Positions 9,945 through 20,865 of a stretch of DNA of 64,000 bases are shown here, piece after piece. The DNA comes from a bacterium (GTDB lineage Bacteria > Bacteroidota > Ignavibacteria > UBA10030). The notes beneath the pieces were generated by a model that searched no databases, had not been told where the DNA came from, and saw only the letters and a program-made list of their open reading frames with translations. Both the position numbers and the translations under genes were made by a program. The stretch covers positions 64,001 through 128,000 of the forward strand of contig JAZDJN010000087.1 in NCBI GenBank assembly GCA_043803945.1, read 5' to 3'. Each line of letters begins with the position of its first letter. The stretch's first letter is position 1.

Positions 9945-10152
9945 TTGTTGTATTGGAAAATGGAAGAAATCAGCATCTCTTTCGCCTGAGAAAAACAACA
10001 GTGGGGAATTTTTCCTTCGAAAAAATGGCAATTTACGGAAGCGGGCGAAAAAGTGTTCATTTCCAAGGAGTTAGAGCGTGGGGATTAATACCACGTAATT
10101 CTTTGCTGATATCAACTCGGTTGAGACAGGCTTTCTTGAAAAGACAAAGAGA

Positions 10153-11481
10153 TTACAGACCGTATTTCTTTCGCTTGTTGAAGAGTGTTTTTCTATCGAT
10201 GCCAAGGATGCGGGCAGATTCATCCTGATCCTTCGCAATCTGCAGAACTCGTTTGATGTGAAGTTTCTCAATTTCTTCAAGCGAATACGAGTTCATCGTT
10301 TCCTGTGTTGTCGCCCGCATTTCTGCGGGAAGATGGGCGAGTTCCACCAATCCGTTCTGGGCCAGCAAGACAGATCGTTCAATCATATTTTCCAATTCAC
10401 GAACATTGCCGCTCCATCGGTAGGATCGCAGCGCTTTCATTGCATCCGGGGCAATTGCAATGGCAACCTCCTTGGAAAATTTCTGAATAAAATGCTGGAT
10501 GAGCAATGGCATATCGTCGGGGCGTTCGCGTAACGGAGGCAGTTTCAGCCGCACGGCATTCAGGCGATAGAAGAGGTCCTCCCGAAATATTCCCTCCTTC
10601 AGCGCCTCCTCCAGATTCCGGTTAGTTGCTGCAATGATGCGCACATCAACCTTATGGGGAACGCTCTCCCCCACCCGTTCGAATTCTTTGCTCTGAAGCA
10701 CGCGAAGCAGTTTTACCTGGAGCTGCGGACTCAGTTCGGCGATTTCATCAAGGAAGACCGTGCCGCCATCGGCAAGCTCAAATCGTCCCTGCCGATCTTT
10801 GACCGCACCGGTAAATGACCCGCGAATGTGGCCGAAGAGTTCACTTTCCAACAATTGCTCCGGCAGCGCAGCACAATTTACTCGCACGAACGGTTTTTGC
10901 GCTCGAGGACTTTTCTCATGGATGTATTGTGCTACCAACTCTTTGCCTGTTCCACTCTCACCTTCAATGAGAACTGTGATGGTGCTTTCCGCAACCCGAG
11001 CAGCCAGTTCCATTTGGGCAAGCATTTCCCTGTTCCGTGTAATAATTTCATCGGTGCCAAGCGATTCCGTCAATTGCTTCCGTAAACTACTGACCTCTTG
11101 TTTCAGGCAATGGTATTCCCAGGTCTTCTCGGCAAATATCTGGAGCTGCTTATAGTCGAACGGTTTTTGAAGATAATCGTGAGCCCCCTTCCTCACAGCC
11201 TCGATAGCAGTATCGATTGTACCATGGGCCGTTATGATGACAACCGTTGTTTCCGGTGCATAGGTCTTAATCTCCGCCAACACCTCCAGGCCATCGATGG
11301 GAGACATTTTCAGATCGACAAACGCCAGATCGAACTGCATGTGATGAAGCGCCTCCAGTGCCTCCTGCGGCTTGGAAAACAAATGCGTCTGATACCCGAT
11401 GGCGTTCAGGCAAATGCCCATGGTTTTCAGAATATTTTGTTCATCATCGACAATCAGGATCTGTGGAACGGGAGAATTCAT
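10153..11481 (-). CDS. Sigma54-dependent response regulator (NtrC/AtoC/AlgB family)
   Basis: REC domain, GESGTGKE Walker A, ESELFGH..GSFTGA, FLDEI, C-terminal Fis-type HTH. Confidence 0.95.
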   Translation of the reverse strand: MNSPVPQILIVDDEQNILKTMGICLNAIGYQTHLFSKPQEALEALHHMQFDLAFVDLKMSPIDGLEVLAEIKTYAPETTVVIITAHGTIDTAIEAVRKGAHDYLQKPFDYKQLQIFAEKTWEYHCLKQEVSSLRKQLTESLGTDEIITRNREMLAQMELAARVAESTITVLIEGESGTGKELVAQYIHEKSPRAQKPFVRVNCAALPEQLLESELFGHIRGSFTGAVKDRQGRFELADGGTVFLDEIAELSPQLQVKLLRVLQSKEFERVGESVPHKVDVRIIAATNRNLEEALKEGIFREDLFYRLNAVRLKLPPLRERPDDMPLLIQHFIQKFSKEVAIAIAPDAMKALRSYRWSGNVRELENMIERSVLLAQNGLVELAHLPAEMRATTQETMNSYSLEEIEKLHIKRVLQIAKDQDESARILGIDRKTLFNKRKKYGL

Positions 11482-13385
11482 GGAGACTGCTCTGCTTTCG
11501 GTAGAGTGAAATGGAATGCGCTTCCCTTGTTGACCTGGCTCTCAACCCATATGGTTCCGCCATGCACCTCAACGACTTCCTTCGCAATCGCCAGGCCAAG
11601 ACCCACACTTCCCGGCGTTGCATCATCCGATTGCCGCACCTGGATAAATTTATCAAAGATCGACTCGATGGCTTCAACCGGAATACCTCGGCCTGTATCG
11701 GTGACGGAAAATTTGACCTGCCTCTGCTCGGAAGTTATTGCCAGACGGACGATTCCCGCTTCGGGCGTATAGCGGAGAGCATTGCTCACGAGGTTGGAAA
11801 TTACCCAGATTAATTGTTGTTCGTCACCGGGTACTTCCAAAACCGCTGGATCGATGGAGAGGTCAAGTTTTATCCCCTTCTCTAAAAACTGCAACCGCAG
11901 CGGTTTGATCGCTTCGTCCACGAGATGATGAATATTCACCTGTTCACGCTTGAATTCGTATTTCCCCGATTCAAGCCGGGACAGGTTTAGAAGCTCCTTG
12001 ACGAGTTTTGTGAGCCGTTCACAATCGTCCTTCGCCGCAGCAATCAGATCACGCTGGGAAGGTGTAATCGTTCCGAGCACTTCCTGGGAGAGAATGTCAA
12101 TGGCCATATTGATTGAGGTCAGCGGTGTTCGAAATTCGTGCGACACCGTGGCGATGAACTCCGACTTCATATTGTCGAGGTTCTTGAACCGTGTCACATC
12201 CTGCAGCAGAGTCACCACTCCCTGAATCTCTCCACGTTCATCAATGATGGTTGTTTGGCGGGGGCGGAAGAAAAGTGTTTGCATATTCTTCTGCACGGTC
12301 ACTACGGAATCTTTCGACGATCGCTCGAGTTTTTCCATCTCCTCCGGATGAAGCAGGTAAGACCATTGATGTTGCTTCAAGACATCCTGTAATGGTTTTC
12401 CCTGCCAGTCCTGGTTGACGATCTCGAAGATTTGCTGAGCGGATTGGTTCATCTGCACCAGGCAATTGTGTTGATCGGTAACAAAGACCGGATCAGGAAT
12501 GCTGGTTGTGATTGCCTCCGATTTTTTCTTTTCAGCGATCAGTTGATGAACGTTCATCGCTTCGTACTGCCGAAGACGTTCGGTCATCTTATTAAACTCT
12601 TTTCCCAATTCGCTCAATTCATCATTCGTTGTAATATCGATTTTTTGATTCAGGTGGCCGCGTGAAATCTTCCGCACGGTCGCAGTTAATTTTTCAGCGG
12701 GTTCAACAATGTCGTGTACGAAGCGGATGCTCGAGATGATACTGAGGAAGATGGCTGTCAGCGAAGTAAGGAGAATAGCAAATATCGCGTTGTTCGACGC
12801 CTCACGCACAAAACGGTCTGCTTCTTCAAGGGAGATCTGATATGATTGCAGCAGTGACTCACAGTGATCTTTTAAGAGTGCGAGACGGGGCCTGACATTC
12901 TCATTAAAATAGCGCCGTGCATAGGGCTGGCGCTGGCTCGTTGGAAGCAAAAGATAGAACGAATCGGATGCTTCCAAATAGATTTTATAGTCTGCAATAA
13001 TCTTTGGAATCAGGGGATGTTTCAAATAGATTGAGGTAGTATCGTCAACCCGCTGCAATCCGGTCATGAACACGTCCCTATTACGGTTGAATATTCCCAG
13101 AGCAGCGTTGAAGTCATCTTTCAGCGGGCGTTCCATTACCGCATCTTTCAGATTCTCCCCCGAAAAACTTATATGAGAGGACAGCATGCCGTCCTGAATA
13201 CTTTCCTGCAGATTCAATGCCCGAACCATGTCCTGTGCACCGAGAAAACTCTTATAGCCCTGCATAATTTGTTTAACGGAAAAATCCAGTTCGGAAAAGT
13301 TATAAATCGCCACTCCGCTCGTCACAAGACTGATGCAGATGAGGAAAAAGTAACTGAAAACAATTTTAAACCGAATGCTTCCCAT
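11478..13385 (-). CDS. Membrane HAMP-PAS sensor histidine kinase (KinB-like architecture)
   Basis: Two TMs, HAMP, PAS, H-box SHEFRTPLTSI, NLVSNALRY, DTGRGI, GLGLAI; 4-nt overlap with the regulator; start 13385 preferred over 13442. Confidence 0.93.
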   Translation of the reverse strand: MGSIRFKIVFSYFFLICISLVTSGVAIYNFSELDFSVKQIMQGYKSFLGAQDMVRALNLQESIQDGMLSSHISFSGENLKDAVMERPLKDDFNAALGIFNRNRDVFMTGLQRVDDTTSIYLKHPLIPKIIADYKIYLEASDSFYLLLPTSQRQPYARRYFNENVRPRLALLKDHCESLLQSYQISLEEADRFVREASNNAIFAILLTSLTAIFLSIISSIRFVHDIVEPAEKLTATVRKISRGHLNQKIDITTNDELSELGKEFNKMTERLRQYEAMNVHQLIAEKKKSEAITTSIPDPVFVTDQHNCLVQMNQSAQQIFEIVNQDWQGKPLQDVLKQHQWSYLLHPEEMEKLERSSKDSVVTVQKNMQTLFFRPRQTTIIDERGEIQGVVTLLQDVTRFKNLDNMKSEFIATVSHEFRTPLTSINMAIDILSQEVLGTITPSQRDLIAAAKDDCERLTKLVKELLNLSRLESGKYEFKREQVNIHHLVDEAIKPLRLQFLEKGIKLDLSIDPAVLEVPGDEQQLIWVISNLVSNALRYTPEAGIVRLAITSEQRQVKFSVTDTGRGIPVEAIESIFDKFIQVRQSDDATPGSVGLGLAIAKEVVEVHGGTIWVESQVNKGSAFHFTLPKAEQSP

Positions 13386-13705
13386 GGCGCTGAAAAAGTA
13401 TTGCTTTTTTGAAGTAAAGGCAAAGAAGAGCCCGTTATTCATTTTACGCTGCTCTTGAGTGGCAGATTCTCAAAAATAACGGCTGTATGTAGTTGATAAT
13501 ATGATTGTCTGGAAGCCAGAATGCTGTTCGCCTATACCAGGATTCTCTTGTCTCATTCTGTAACTTATGCCTTTCATAAATCCGGTGTTTATCTTGGTTG
13601 CATACATCGTCCCATTCGCGTAGCAGCCATTTTTTCGCACTGAGCCAGGCTTCGTTGGACCATTCACTCAAGCAGTTTTAAAAAATCCTAATCTCTAAAA
13701 ATTCT

Positions 13706-13762
13706 TTGTTGATCCAGCAACTTTTTACTATACTGAGGCGTATTTAATGACCACGAGTCAGT
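13706..13762 (+). promoter_or_regulatory. Putative sigma70 promoter and TetR operator
   Basis: TTGTTG-N17-TATACT (13706-13734) followed by palindrome TGAC-CACGA-GTCA (13748-13760) just upstream of tetR. Confidence 0.5.
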
Positions 13763-13777
13763 AATTTTACAAGGGTA

Positions 13778-14458
13778 ATGATGGGGATTTTAGAAAGAAA
13801 AGGAAGAGAAAAAGAACATCGTAAAGCTGAAATCCTTCAGGCAGCGCATGAGATCTTTTTTGAAAAGGGATTGCAGAACACCACCATGGATGAGATCGCC
13901 GAAAAGGCGGAACTCAGCAAGGGAACCCTTTATCTCTACTATAAAAGCAAGGAAGATCTCTACCTTGCCGTGATGATGGAAGGACTGCATGTGCTGTATG
14001 ACCTCTTTGAGCAGGTGATTGATACCAAGGAGTCTGTTCCGGTACGATTGAAGAATCTTGGCGAGGTATATTTCAAATATTATAATGAGCATAAGAACTA
14101 CTTCAGAATGTTCTACTACTTCCAGCATCCCCACTTCCATAAGCAAGTTTCTCCTGAAATGATGCAGTCGTGCACAATTGAAAATCAGCGGTTATGGAAA
14201 CTCATTTTGGATCTCATCGATCTCGGAATTCGCGAGGGAGATGTCCGGCCAAACATCAATTCGTCGGAAGTTGGACTTATCCTTTGGACAACGTCAGCAG
14301 CGCTCCTCACAAAGCTCGATATGCAATACGAGTATTTCAAACAGGCAATGAATGTAGACCTGGTTCATGTTTACCAGGCAGCCAATGCTTTGCTTCTCGA
14401 TTCTCTGCTCACCGAGCAAGGAAAACAGAAGTACGAACACCACGGCACCGTTTCCTAA
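13778..14458 (+). CDS. TetR/AcrR family transcriptional regulator
   Basis: TTMDEIAEKAELSKGTLYLYYKSKEDL helix-turn-helix. Confidence 0.95.
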   Translation: MMGILERKGREKEHRKAEILQAAHEIFFEKGLQNTTMDEIAEKAELSKGTLYLYYKSKEDLYLAVMMEGLHVLYDLFEQVIDTKESVPVRLKNLGEVYFKYYNEHKNYFRMFYYFQHPHFHKQVSPEMMQSCTIENQRLWKLILDLIDLGIREGDVRPNINSSEVGLILWTTSAALLTKLDMQYEYFKQAMNVDLVHVYQAANALLLDSLLTEQGKQKYEHHGTVS

Positions 14459-14539
14459 AAACACTCACTCTGGAATCAGACACTATACAAGGATTATCGA
14501 ACTCACGTGCAATCAGTACTCCATCATCAAGGACAATTT

Positions 14540-15907
14540 ATGAAGAACACTTACCGGATTATCCTTACCCTGTTTCTTTTCGCAGGATTGAGTACACCAA
14601 AACTACCCGCGCAGCAGAGTCAGGCAAAGATTTTTACACTCGAAGAAGCGGTCCGAATCGCCATGCAGAAAAATCCTGACCTGATTTCTGCCCGGCTTGA
14701 GGTTGACCGGGCTGATGCAAGAGTCTCGGAAGCCATCGGGACTGCATTACCCTCCATAACCCTCGCAGGGCAATACAGCCATGCGTTTAAGAAGCCTGTT
14801 TTCTTTCTCCCAAATTTCTTTGCTGACAGGCCCAATGAAATCGTTGCCATTGAAATGGGTACCAAGCATTCCATCAACTCGTCGTTGACTGTCAGCCAGA
14901 TACTCTTTAACGCTGCAGTCATCACGGGTGTTGGTGTTGCCAAGATTTACTCGGGTGCAGCGCGTGAACTATTACGGGCAAAAGAAGTTGAAACCGTTGC
15001 AAAAACACGGAAGGCGTTTTACGGAGCGCTCATGACGAAGGAAGTTGTACAAATGATGCGCCAAACACTTAAAAATGCCGAAGACAATCTCCGGAACGTA
15101 CAGGTGATGGGCAAACAGGGTATTGTCTCCGAGTACGATCAACTCCGCGCAGAGGTGGGTATTGCAAATTTGAGGCCGATGATCCTTCAGGCAGAAAACA
15201 ATTACGCTTTGGCTCTCGATGGATTGCGAAACACGATCGGGCTCGGTGTCAACGACCAGGTTGACATCGCAGGTATGTTGAAATTCGAACCGGTCGATCC
15301 TCTGCTGCTCGAAGGAGCAACCGAAAAAGTTCTCGAAGCGAACTACGGATTGCGCGCCATGCGGATGAACCTGGAAATCAGCGATGCAGTCGTCAGCATC
15401 AACAAATCGGAATATTACCCGACACTTGCTGCCTTCGGCAATTATCAGTACCAGCTTGCAAAAAATTCCTTCAACATTAGTCCGAACGATTTTATCGCCA
15501 GCTCGTCGGTGGGATTGAGCCTCTCCATCAATCTCTTTAACGGGCTTCAAACTAGTTCACGCGTCGAGCAAGCCAAGCTCGAGCTTCAAAAAGCTCACGA
15601 ACAGTTTAACGGCATGGAGAAAAACATTCGTACGGGAACACACTCGGTTCTGCTCCAACTCAAGCAGGCACACCAGCGCTATGAGGCACAGGGAATGACC
15701 GTTGAACAGGCGCAACGCGGATACAAGATTGCCACGACACGATTCACCAGCGGTGTTGGCACTCAACTTGAGGTTAATGACGCCCAGCTTGCACTGACGC
15801 AGGCGCAGGTCAATCGCATCCAGGCAATTTTCGATTATCTCAATGCTGCCGCCGACTTTGATCAACTTCTGAGCCGCTTGCCGCTCTATGCGACATCAAC
15901 AAATTGA
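14540..15907 (+). CDS. TolC family outer-membrane efflux protein
   Basis: Signal peptide, TLEEAVRIAMQKNPDL, two OEP repeats, RFTSGVGTQLEVNDAQ. Confidence 0.93.
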   Translation: MKNTYRIILTLFLFAGLSTPKLPAQQSQAKIFTLEEAVRIAMQKNPDLISARLEVDRADARVSEAIGTALPSITLAGQYSHAFKKPVFFLPNFFADRPNEIVAIEMGTKHSINSSLTVSQILFNAAVITGVGVAKIYSGAARELLRAKEVETVAKTRKAFYGALMTKEVVQMMRQTLKNAEDNLRNVQVMGKQGIVSEYDQLRAEVGIANLRPMILQAENNYALALDGLRNTIGLGVNDQVDIAGMLKFEPVDPLLLEGATEKVLEANYGLRAMRMNLEISDAVVSINKSEYYPTLAAFGNYQYQLAKNSFNISPNDFIASSSVGLSLSINLFNGLQTSSRVEQAKLELQKAHEQFNGMEKNIRTGTHSVLLQLKQAHQRYEAQGMTVEQAQRGYKIATTRFTSGVGTQLEVNDAQLALTQAQVNRIQAIFDYLNAAADFDQLLSRLPLYATSTN

Positions 15908-15943
15908 ACATTCATAATCAACCTTACAACTGAGAGGTACCCT

Positions 15944-16990
15944 ATGAAACATTTTCAACTGTTCTTTGCTGTGCTCATCCTCGGTCTCAGCGCAATGATT
16001 TCTTCTTGCTCAAAACATGAGGCTACGACTACATCCAAGAACGATGTGCAGGTGGTTCCTGTCAAAGTTCAAGAAATGAAACCGGAGCCGTTTACCGATG
16101 CTATCCAAATTGCAGGGACGGTAAAGGCACAAGAGGATATTATGCTTAGCCCTCTCGAAGGAGGCATCGTCAAGGAATGGAAGGTCCGCAAGGGCGACGC
16201 TGTGAAAAAAGGACAAGTTCTGGGCCTGCTTGAAGATGATATCCTCAAAGCGGGCTATAACGCGGCTTCTGCGCAGCAGAAAGTGGCTCAATTGAATTTC
16301 GAAAAGCAAGGAAAGGTGTTCAACGAACAGGGAATCAGTGAGTTGCAGTATAAAAGCATAGAGTATGGCCGAGACGCCGCAAAAGCACAAGCCGACCTGA
16401 TGAAGGCCCGGTTGGATCATACAGAACTTCGCAGTCCCATCGACGGAATTTTTGACGACTATATGGTTGATGAGGGCGAAATGGCACCCCCGGGGGTACC
16501 CATTGCTCATCTCGTTAACACCGAGAAGATCAAAATTGCTGGCGAGATCCCCGAACGATTTGCAGGTGCAGTGCGAATCGGTACACCGGCTCTCATTACA
16601 CTTGATGCTGTCCCGGGCCAGGTGATCCATGGTAAAGTAACCTATGTCAGTGCATCGATCTCTCCAATCAGCCGATCGCTTCCAATCGAAATTGCTATTG
16701 GAAGCCGAAGTGGTAAAGTGAAGCCGGAGATGATTGCAAAGCTGCAGGTGCAGCGTGTCTCTAAATCTAATGCACTTTTACTAAGTGAAGATGTCGTTCA
16801 GCTTGTCGATCTCAACAGGTATGTGGTGTTTGTCGAAAAAAACGGAAACGCCGAAGAGCGTCAAGTAAAAGTTGGTGCACGGGTTGGAAAACTCATTGAA
16901 ATCGTCGAGGGATTGAAAGCTGGTGATCGCGTGATCATCGTTGGATTCCAGAAGCTCGTCAATGGTCAACCTGTCATGATCATCAGATAA
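15944..16990 (+). CDS. RND efflux periplasmic adaptor (MFP)
   Basis: Lipobox ISSC, lipoyl halves (VRKGDAVKKGQVL, RSPIDG), GLKAGDRVII. Confidence 0.93.
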   Translation: MKHFQLFFAVLILGLSAMISSCSKHEATTTSKNDVQVVPVKVQEMKPEPFTDAIQIAGTVKAQEDIMLSPLEGGIVKEWKVRKGDAVKKGQVLGLLEDDILKAGYNAASAQQKVAQLNFEKQGKVFNEQGISELQYKSIEYGRDAAKAQADLMKARLDHTELRSPIDGIFDDYMVDEGEMAPPGVPIAHLVNTEKIKIAGEIPERFAGAVRIGTPALITLDAVPGQVIHGKVTYVSASISPISRSLPIEIAIGSRSGKVKPEMIAKLQVQRVSKSNALLLSEDVVQLVDLNRYVVFVEKNGNAEERQVKVGARVGKLIEIVEGLKAGDRVIIVGFQKLVNGQPVMIIR

Positions 16991-17022
16991 AACGGCTCAC
17001 GAGAAAGAAAGAGAGTGCAACC

Positions 17023-20000
17023 ATGAAAATTTGGAGTATAGCCGTAGACAACAAAGTTGCGGTGTACATCTTAATGATATTGATCGTTATCGTTGGATAT
17101 GGTGCCTACACGGGGCTCCCACGAGAAGCTGCCCCCGATGTCACCATCCCTCTGGTCATTGTTTCCGTCCCATACATTGGAGTCTCACCCGAAGATATCG
17201 AAGGGCTTGTAACCCAGCCGCTGGAACGGGGATTGAAATCTCTGAAGGACATCAAGCAAATTTCTTCAGTGTGCAAGGAGGGTCTTGCTACAATCCGCGT
17301 CGAGTTTAATACCGGGGTAGATATTGATGAGGCACTGCGTCGGGTGCGCGATAAAGTCAGCTCTACACGTCCACAAATGCCGACCGATATTCTTGAACCG
17401 ATTATCTCCGAGATCAACATAAGCGAGTTTCCCATTATGTATGTCAATGTTACGGGAGATGTTGGCCTCGCGCGCCTGAAAAAAACCGCAGATAACATTC
17501 AAGATAAAGTTGAGGCAATCAGCGGAGTGATCCGTGCGGATATTATCGGCGCACTTGAGCCGGAGATTCAAGTCAATGCCGATGTCCACCGGTTAAATGC
17601 TCTGCAGGTGAGTTTTGATGATCTCGTCGGTGCGGTGCGCGCAGAAAACCTTTCTATTCCCGGTGGATCGATCGACACCAAAGAAACGAACCTTTCCATT
17701 CGGATTCCCGGTGAGTTCAAGGAGGTAAAACCCATCGAAAATATTGTGGTGAAGATTCAGAACGGAAAACCGATCTACGTCCGGGATGTTGCAAAAGTCG
17801 ATTACTCCTTTGAAGATCGGAAAACGTATGCACGGCTGAACGGTGCCGAGGTTGTCTCGCTGGGTGTTCGCAAACGAGCGGGGGAAAATCTTCTCCGCAT
17901 TACCGACGAAGTGAAGGCTATCGTCCACGATGAGCAATTGAAACTTCCCTCGGGTATCAAGATCGAAATATCAAACGATCAATCGATCTTTGTACGGCGA
18001 ACGAATAAAGAGCTTGAGAATAGTATCATGACAGGTATGTTTCTCGTGGTGATGTCCCTGTTCATGTTTTTCGGCTTCAAGAATTCATTGCTCATCTCAA
18101 CAGCCATTCCATTATCCATGTTCATCGGATTTGCCGTGCTGTCCGCATTCAACATTACACTGAACATGGTTGTCCTTTTTGCCCTGGTGCTGGTGCTCGG
18201 CATTCTTGTGGATGATGCCATTGTGGTTATTGAAAATATCTACCGTCACCAGCAAGAATACCATGAATCTCCTGCGAACGCTGCAAAGAAAGCAGCCGGC
18301 GAAGTGTTTGTTCCGGTATTGACATCGACAATTACAACCCTTTCGGCATTCTTCCCGCTGCTTCTGTGGCCTGGAATCGTTGGCGACTTTATGAAGTATT
18401 TACCAATCACACTAATTATCACACTCACGGCGTCACTGTTTGTTGCGTATGTGATCAGCCCGGTCCAAGGAGCTCAATGGATCGATTATCGAAAAGAAAT
18501 TCGCAAAGCTCGTGAGAACCTCCTCCATCCGCACTGGTATAAAAAATACAATCCCTTCACCATCCTCTATCATAAAGTAGACGAGGTGGTGTTTCCTGCC
18601 ATTCAACGGGAATACGTGAAGGCTCTTCGCTGGACCCTGAAACGACGAGGACTCTCCATAGCCGGAATTATAGGATTATTGCTTTTCGTCTTTGTCCTGT
18701 ACGGTATATTCAATAAGGGAGTAGAATTCTTCCCGACAACGGAGCCCTCTTCGGTTAACGTCACGATCGAAACACCTCCAGGTACATCGCTTGATGTGAC
18801 AAACGACATAACGAAAAAACTCGAAGAGCGTATCGCCACCATTCCCGGAAGAAAAGATATAGAATTTATTTCTTCCAGTGTTGGCACTTCTGACGATCCT
18901 TTCGATTTCGGAGGACAGGGTACTTCAAATAAAGCGACTGTAGCAATCAACTTTTTTGAGAAAGCAAAACGCCAACAAAACACATTTCAAACGCTCGAGG
19001 AAATCCGTCATCAGTCAGCGGGTTTTGCCGGAGCAGAGCTGCGCGTAGCCAAACGAGAAATGGGCCCCCCGGTTGGTGCACCTGTCAGCATCGAAATCTC
19101 CGGGGAAGATTACAATCAACTGGCAACTTTGAGCAACTCGGTCCGTGAACAGATTAAGAGCATTGCCGGTCTCCACGATTTGAAAACTGATTTCAATGCG
19201 GGCCGACCAGAGATTCAAGTTCTTGTGGATCGCGAGAAAGCTGGATTAATGTGGTCGAGCACCGGACAGATTGCCGGCACTGTTCGGGCGGCAATCAGCG
19301 GCGTTGAGGCATCCAAATATCGCATTGGAGAGGATGAGTATAAAATCCGCGTACGGCTCGAAGAAGATCAACGGACTTCTCCAAATGATCTACAAAACCT
19401 TCGGATCAACTTTATGAACCGACGGGGTCAGCTTCTCTCAATTCCACTGACCTCTGTCGCCGATATCAGCAGAACGAAGGCTGTATCTGATATACGACGG
19501 AAAGATCAGAAACGTGTCATCACCGTCAGCGGTGAAGTCGAAGGACGGGTGCCCTCTGAAGTGCTGAGCGAAGTGAAGACACGCCTGGCGAAAATGGACC
19601 TTCCGGAAAACTATACCCTCAAGTACACAGGAAAAGATGAGGAACAAAATAAGGCAGCGGCATTCCTCAGCAAAGCGTTTATTATCACCATTTTCCTCGT
19701 CTTCTTGATCATGGTCTCTGAATTCAATTCGGTTAAAGTGCCTATCATCATCATGTTTTCGGTTCTCCTTTCCCTGATTGGAGTGCTGATCGGTCTTATT
19801 GTAACACAGACTTCGTTTAGTGTTATCATGACCGGGGTCGGAGTCATTGCATTGATTGGTCTTGTGGTAAGAAACGGTATCGTGCTGCTCGATTTCGTCA
19901 AACATAAGAGAGCCGAGGGTGCGAGCCTGGATGACGCACTCGTTGAAGCAGGGCGGATTCGATTGCGCCCGGTACTATTGACGGCAGTTGCCACCGTGCT

Positions 20001-20256
20001 CGGCGTATTACCTTTGGCGACCGGAATCGATTTCGATTGGCAACAATTTCACTTTGTCATCGGTGCAGAGAGCGCATCATTCTGGAGGCCGCTCGGTATC
20101 GCCATTATCTTCGGCCTTTCGATCTCTACATTCTTAACTTTGGTGATTGTTCCGACGCTCTACTCTCTGCTGGAAAGCTGGGAACTTGGTATCGCAAGCT
20201 TCTTCAGACGATTTAAACGTGCTGAGGACGAGACCGAACCTGCAATCAACAAGTAA
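17023..20256 (+). CDS. RND efflux permease (AcrB family)
   Basis: 1077 aa, GILVDDAIVVIENIYR, RLRPVLLTA. Confidence 0.96.
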   Translation: MKIWSIAVDNKVAVYILMILIVIVGYGAYTGLPREAAPDVTIPLVIVSVPYIGVSPEDIEGLVTQPLERGLKSLKDIKQISSVCKEGLATIRVEFNTGVDIDEALRRVRDKVSSTRPQMPTDILEPIISEINISEFPIMYVNVTGDVGLARLKKTADNIQDKVEAISGVIRADIIGALEPEIQVNADVHRLNALQVSFDDLVGAVRAENLSIPGGSIDTKETNLSIRIPGEFKEVKPIENIVVKIQNGKPIYVRDVAKVDYSFEDRKTYARLNGAEVVSLGVRKRAGENLLRITDEVKAIVHDEQLKLPSGIKIEISNDQSIFVRRTNKELENSIMTGMFLVVMSLFMFFGFKNSLLISTAIPLSMFIGFAVLSAFNITLNMVVLFALVLVLGILVDDAIVVIENIYRHQQEYHESPANAAKKAAGEVFVPVLTSTITTLSAFFPLLLWPGIVGDFMKYLPITLIITLTASLFVAYVISPVQGAQWIDYRKEIRKARENLLHPHWYKKYNPFTILYHKVDEVVFPAIQREYVKALRWTLKRRGLSIAGIIGLLLFVFVLYGIFNKGVEFFPTTEPSSVNVTIETPPGTSLDVTNDITKKLEERIATIPGRKDIEFISSSVGTSDDPFDFGGQGTSNKATVAINFFEKAKRQQNTFQTLEEIRHQSAGFAGAELRVAKREMGPPVGAPVSIEISGEDYNQLATLSNSVREQIKSIAGLHDLKTDFNAGRPEIQVLVDREKAGLMWSSTGQIAGTVRAAISGVEASKYRIGEDEYKIRVRLEEDQRTSPNDLQNLRINFMNRRGQLLSIPLTSVADISRTKAVSDIRRKDQKRVITVSGEVEGRVPSEVLSEVKTRLAKMDLPENYTLKYTGKDEEQNKAAAFLSKAFIITIFLVFLIMVSEFNSVKVPIIIMFSVLLSLIGVLIGLIVTQTSFSVIMTGVGVIALIGLVVRNGIVLLDFVKHKRAEGASLDDALVEAGRIRLRPVLLTAVATVLGVLPLATGIDFDWQQFHFVIGAESASFWRPLGIAIIFGLSISTFLTLVIVPTLYSLLESWELGIASFFRRFKRAEDETEPAINK

Positions 20257-20322
20257 TTCCTTTAATCAACGAATCATTTCCAAACAGTCATTACCGAAGG
20301 AAAAGGCAAACAGATTATTAAG

Positions 20323-20640
20323 ATGTCACCCGATGATGCAGTCCAGCGATTGACAAAGAAACTCTGCTTGACAGAAGAGCAGGTAAAAAAGGTAACGAAG
20401 TTTTATAATAATCATCAACAAGAGCTTGAAAAGGAGATTGCTCTTGCCCGCGTTCAAAGCGAGATGGAGGCAGCGGCATCCGGAGGGGGAGTTCGAACAA
20501 TAAAAATGGGTGGGAACCTCCAGGCAAAACTGGATAAGAATATTGAATCAATCTTAACGCCGAAGCAAAAAAAGGGATTTGAGAAGTTGAAGCTCGAGCG
20601 AACATTGGCCCAACCCAAAATGATGATGCTGAAACAATAA
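20323..20640 (+). CDS. Spy/CpxP-like helical protein, possibly 5'-truncated
   Basis: LCLTEEQVKKV and ILTPKQKKGFE (LTxxQ motifs); no signal peptide. Confidence 0.55.
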   Translation: MSPDDAVQRLTKKLCLTEEQVKKVTKFYNNHQQELEKEIALARVQSEMEAAASGGGVRTIKMGGNLQAKLDKNIESILTPKQKKGFEKLKLERTLAQPKMMMLKQ

Positions 20641-20865
20641 ACGGAGTTCAAGATAATTATCGAAAATTGGGATAAATAAGGCCTTTTGTCCGGCTGTTGT
20701 AATCCTTGTTGTTAAACTTAGCCTCTCTTCGATGAGTCCAACAACCGTGGGTGATTCTTACCGCTAAATATTTTTTTTACAGAACCTATTGGGATTTTTA
20801 TCGTTATTATCAGTACGTTGATTCGAGTAATCCACACAATACAATCACATAATTCAGGAGTACCT

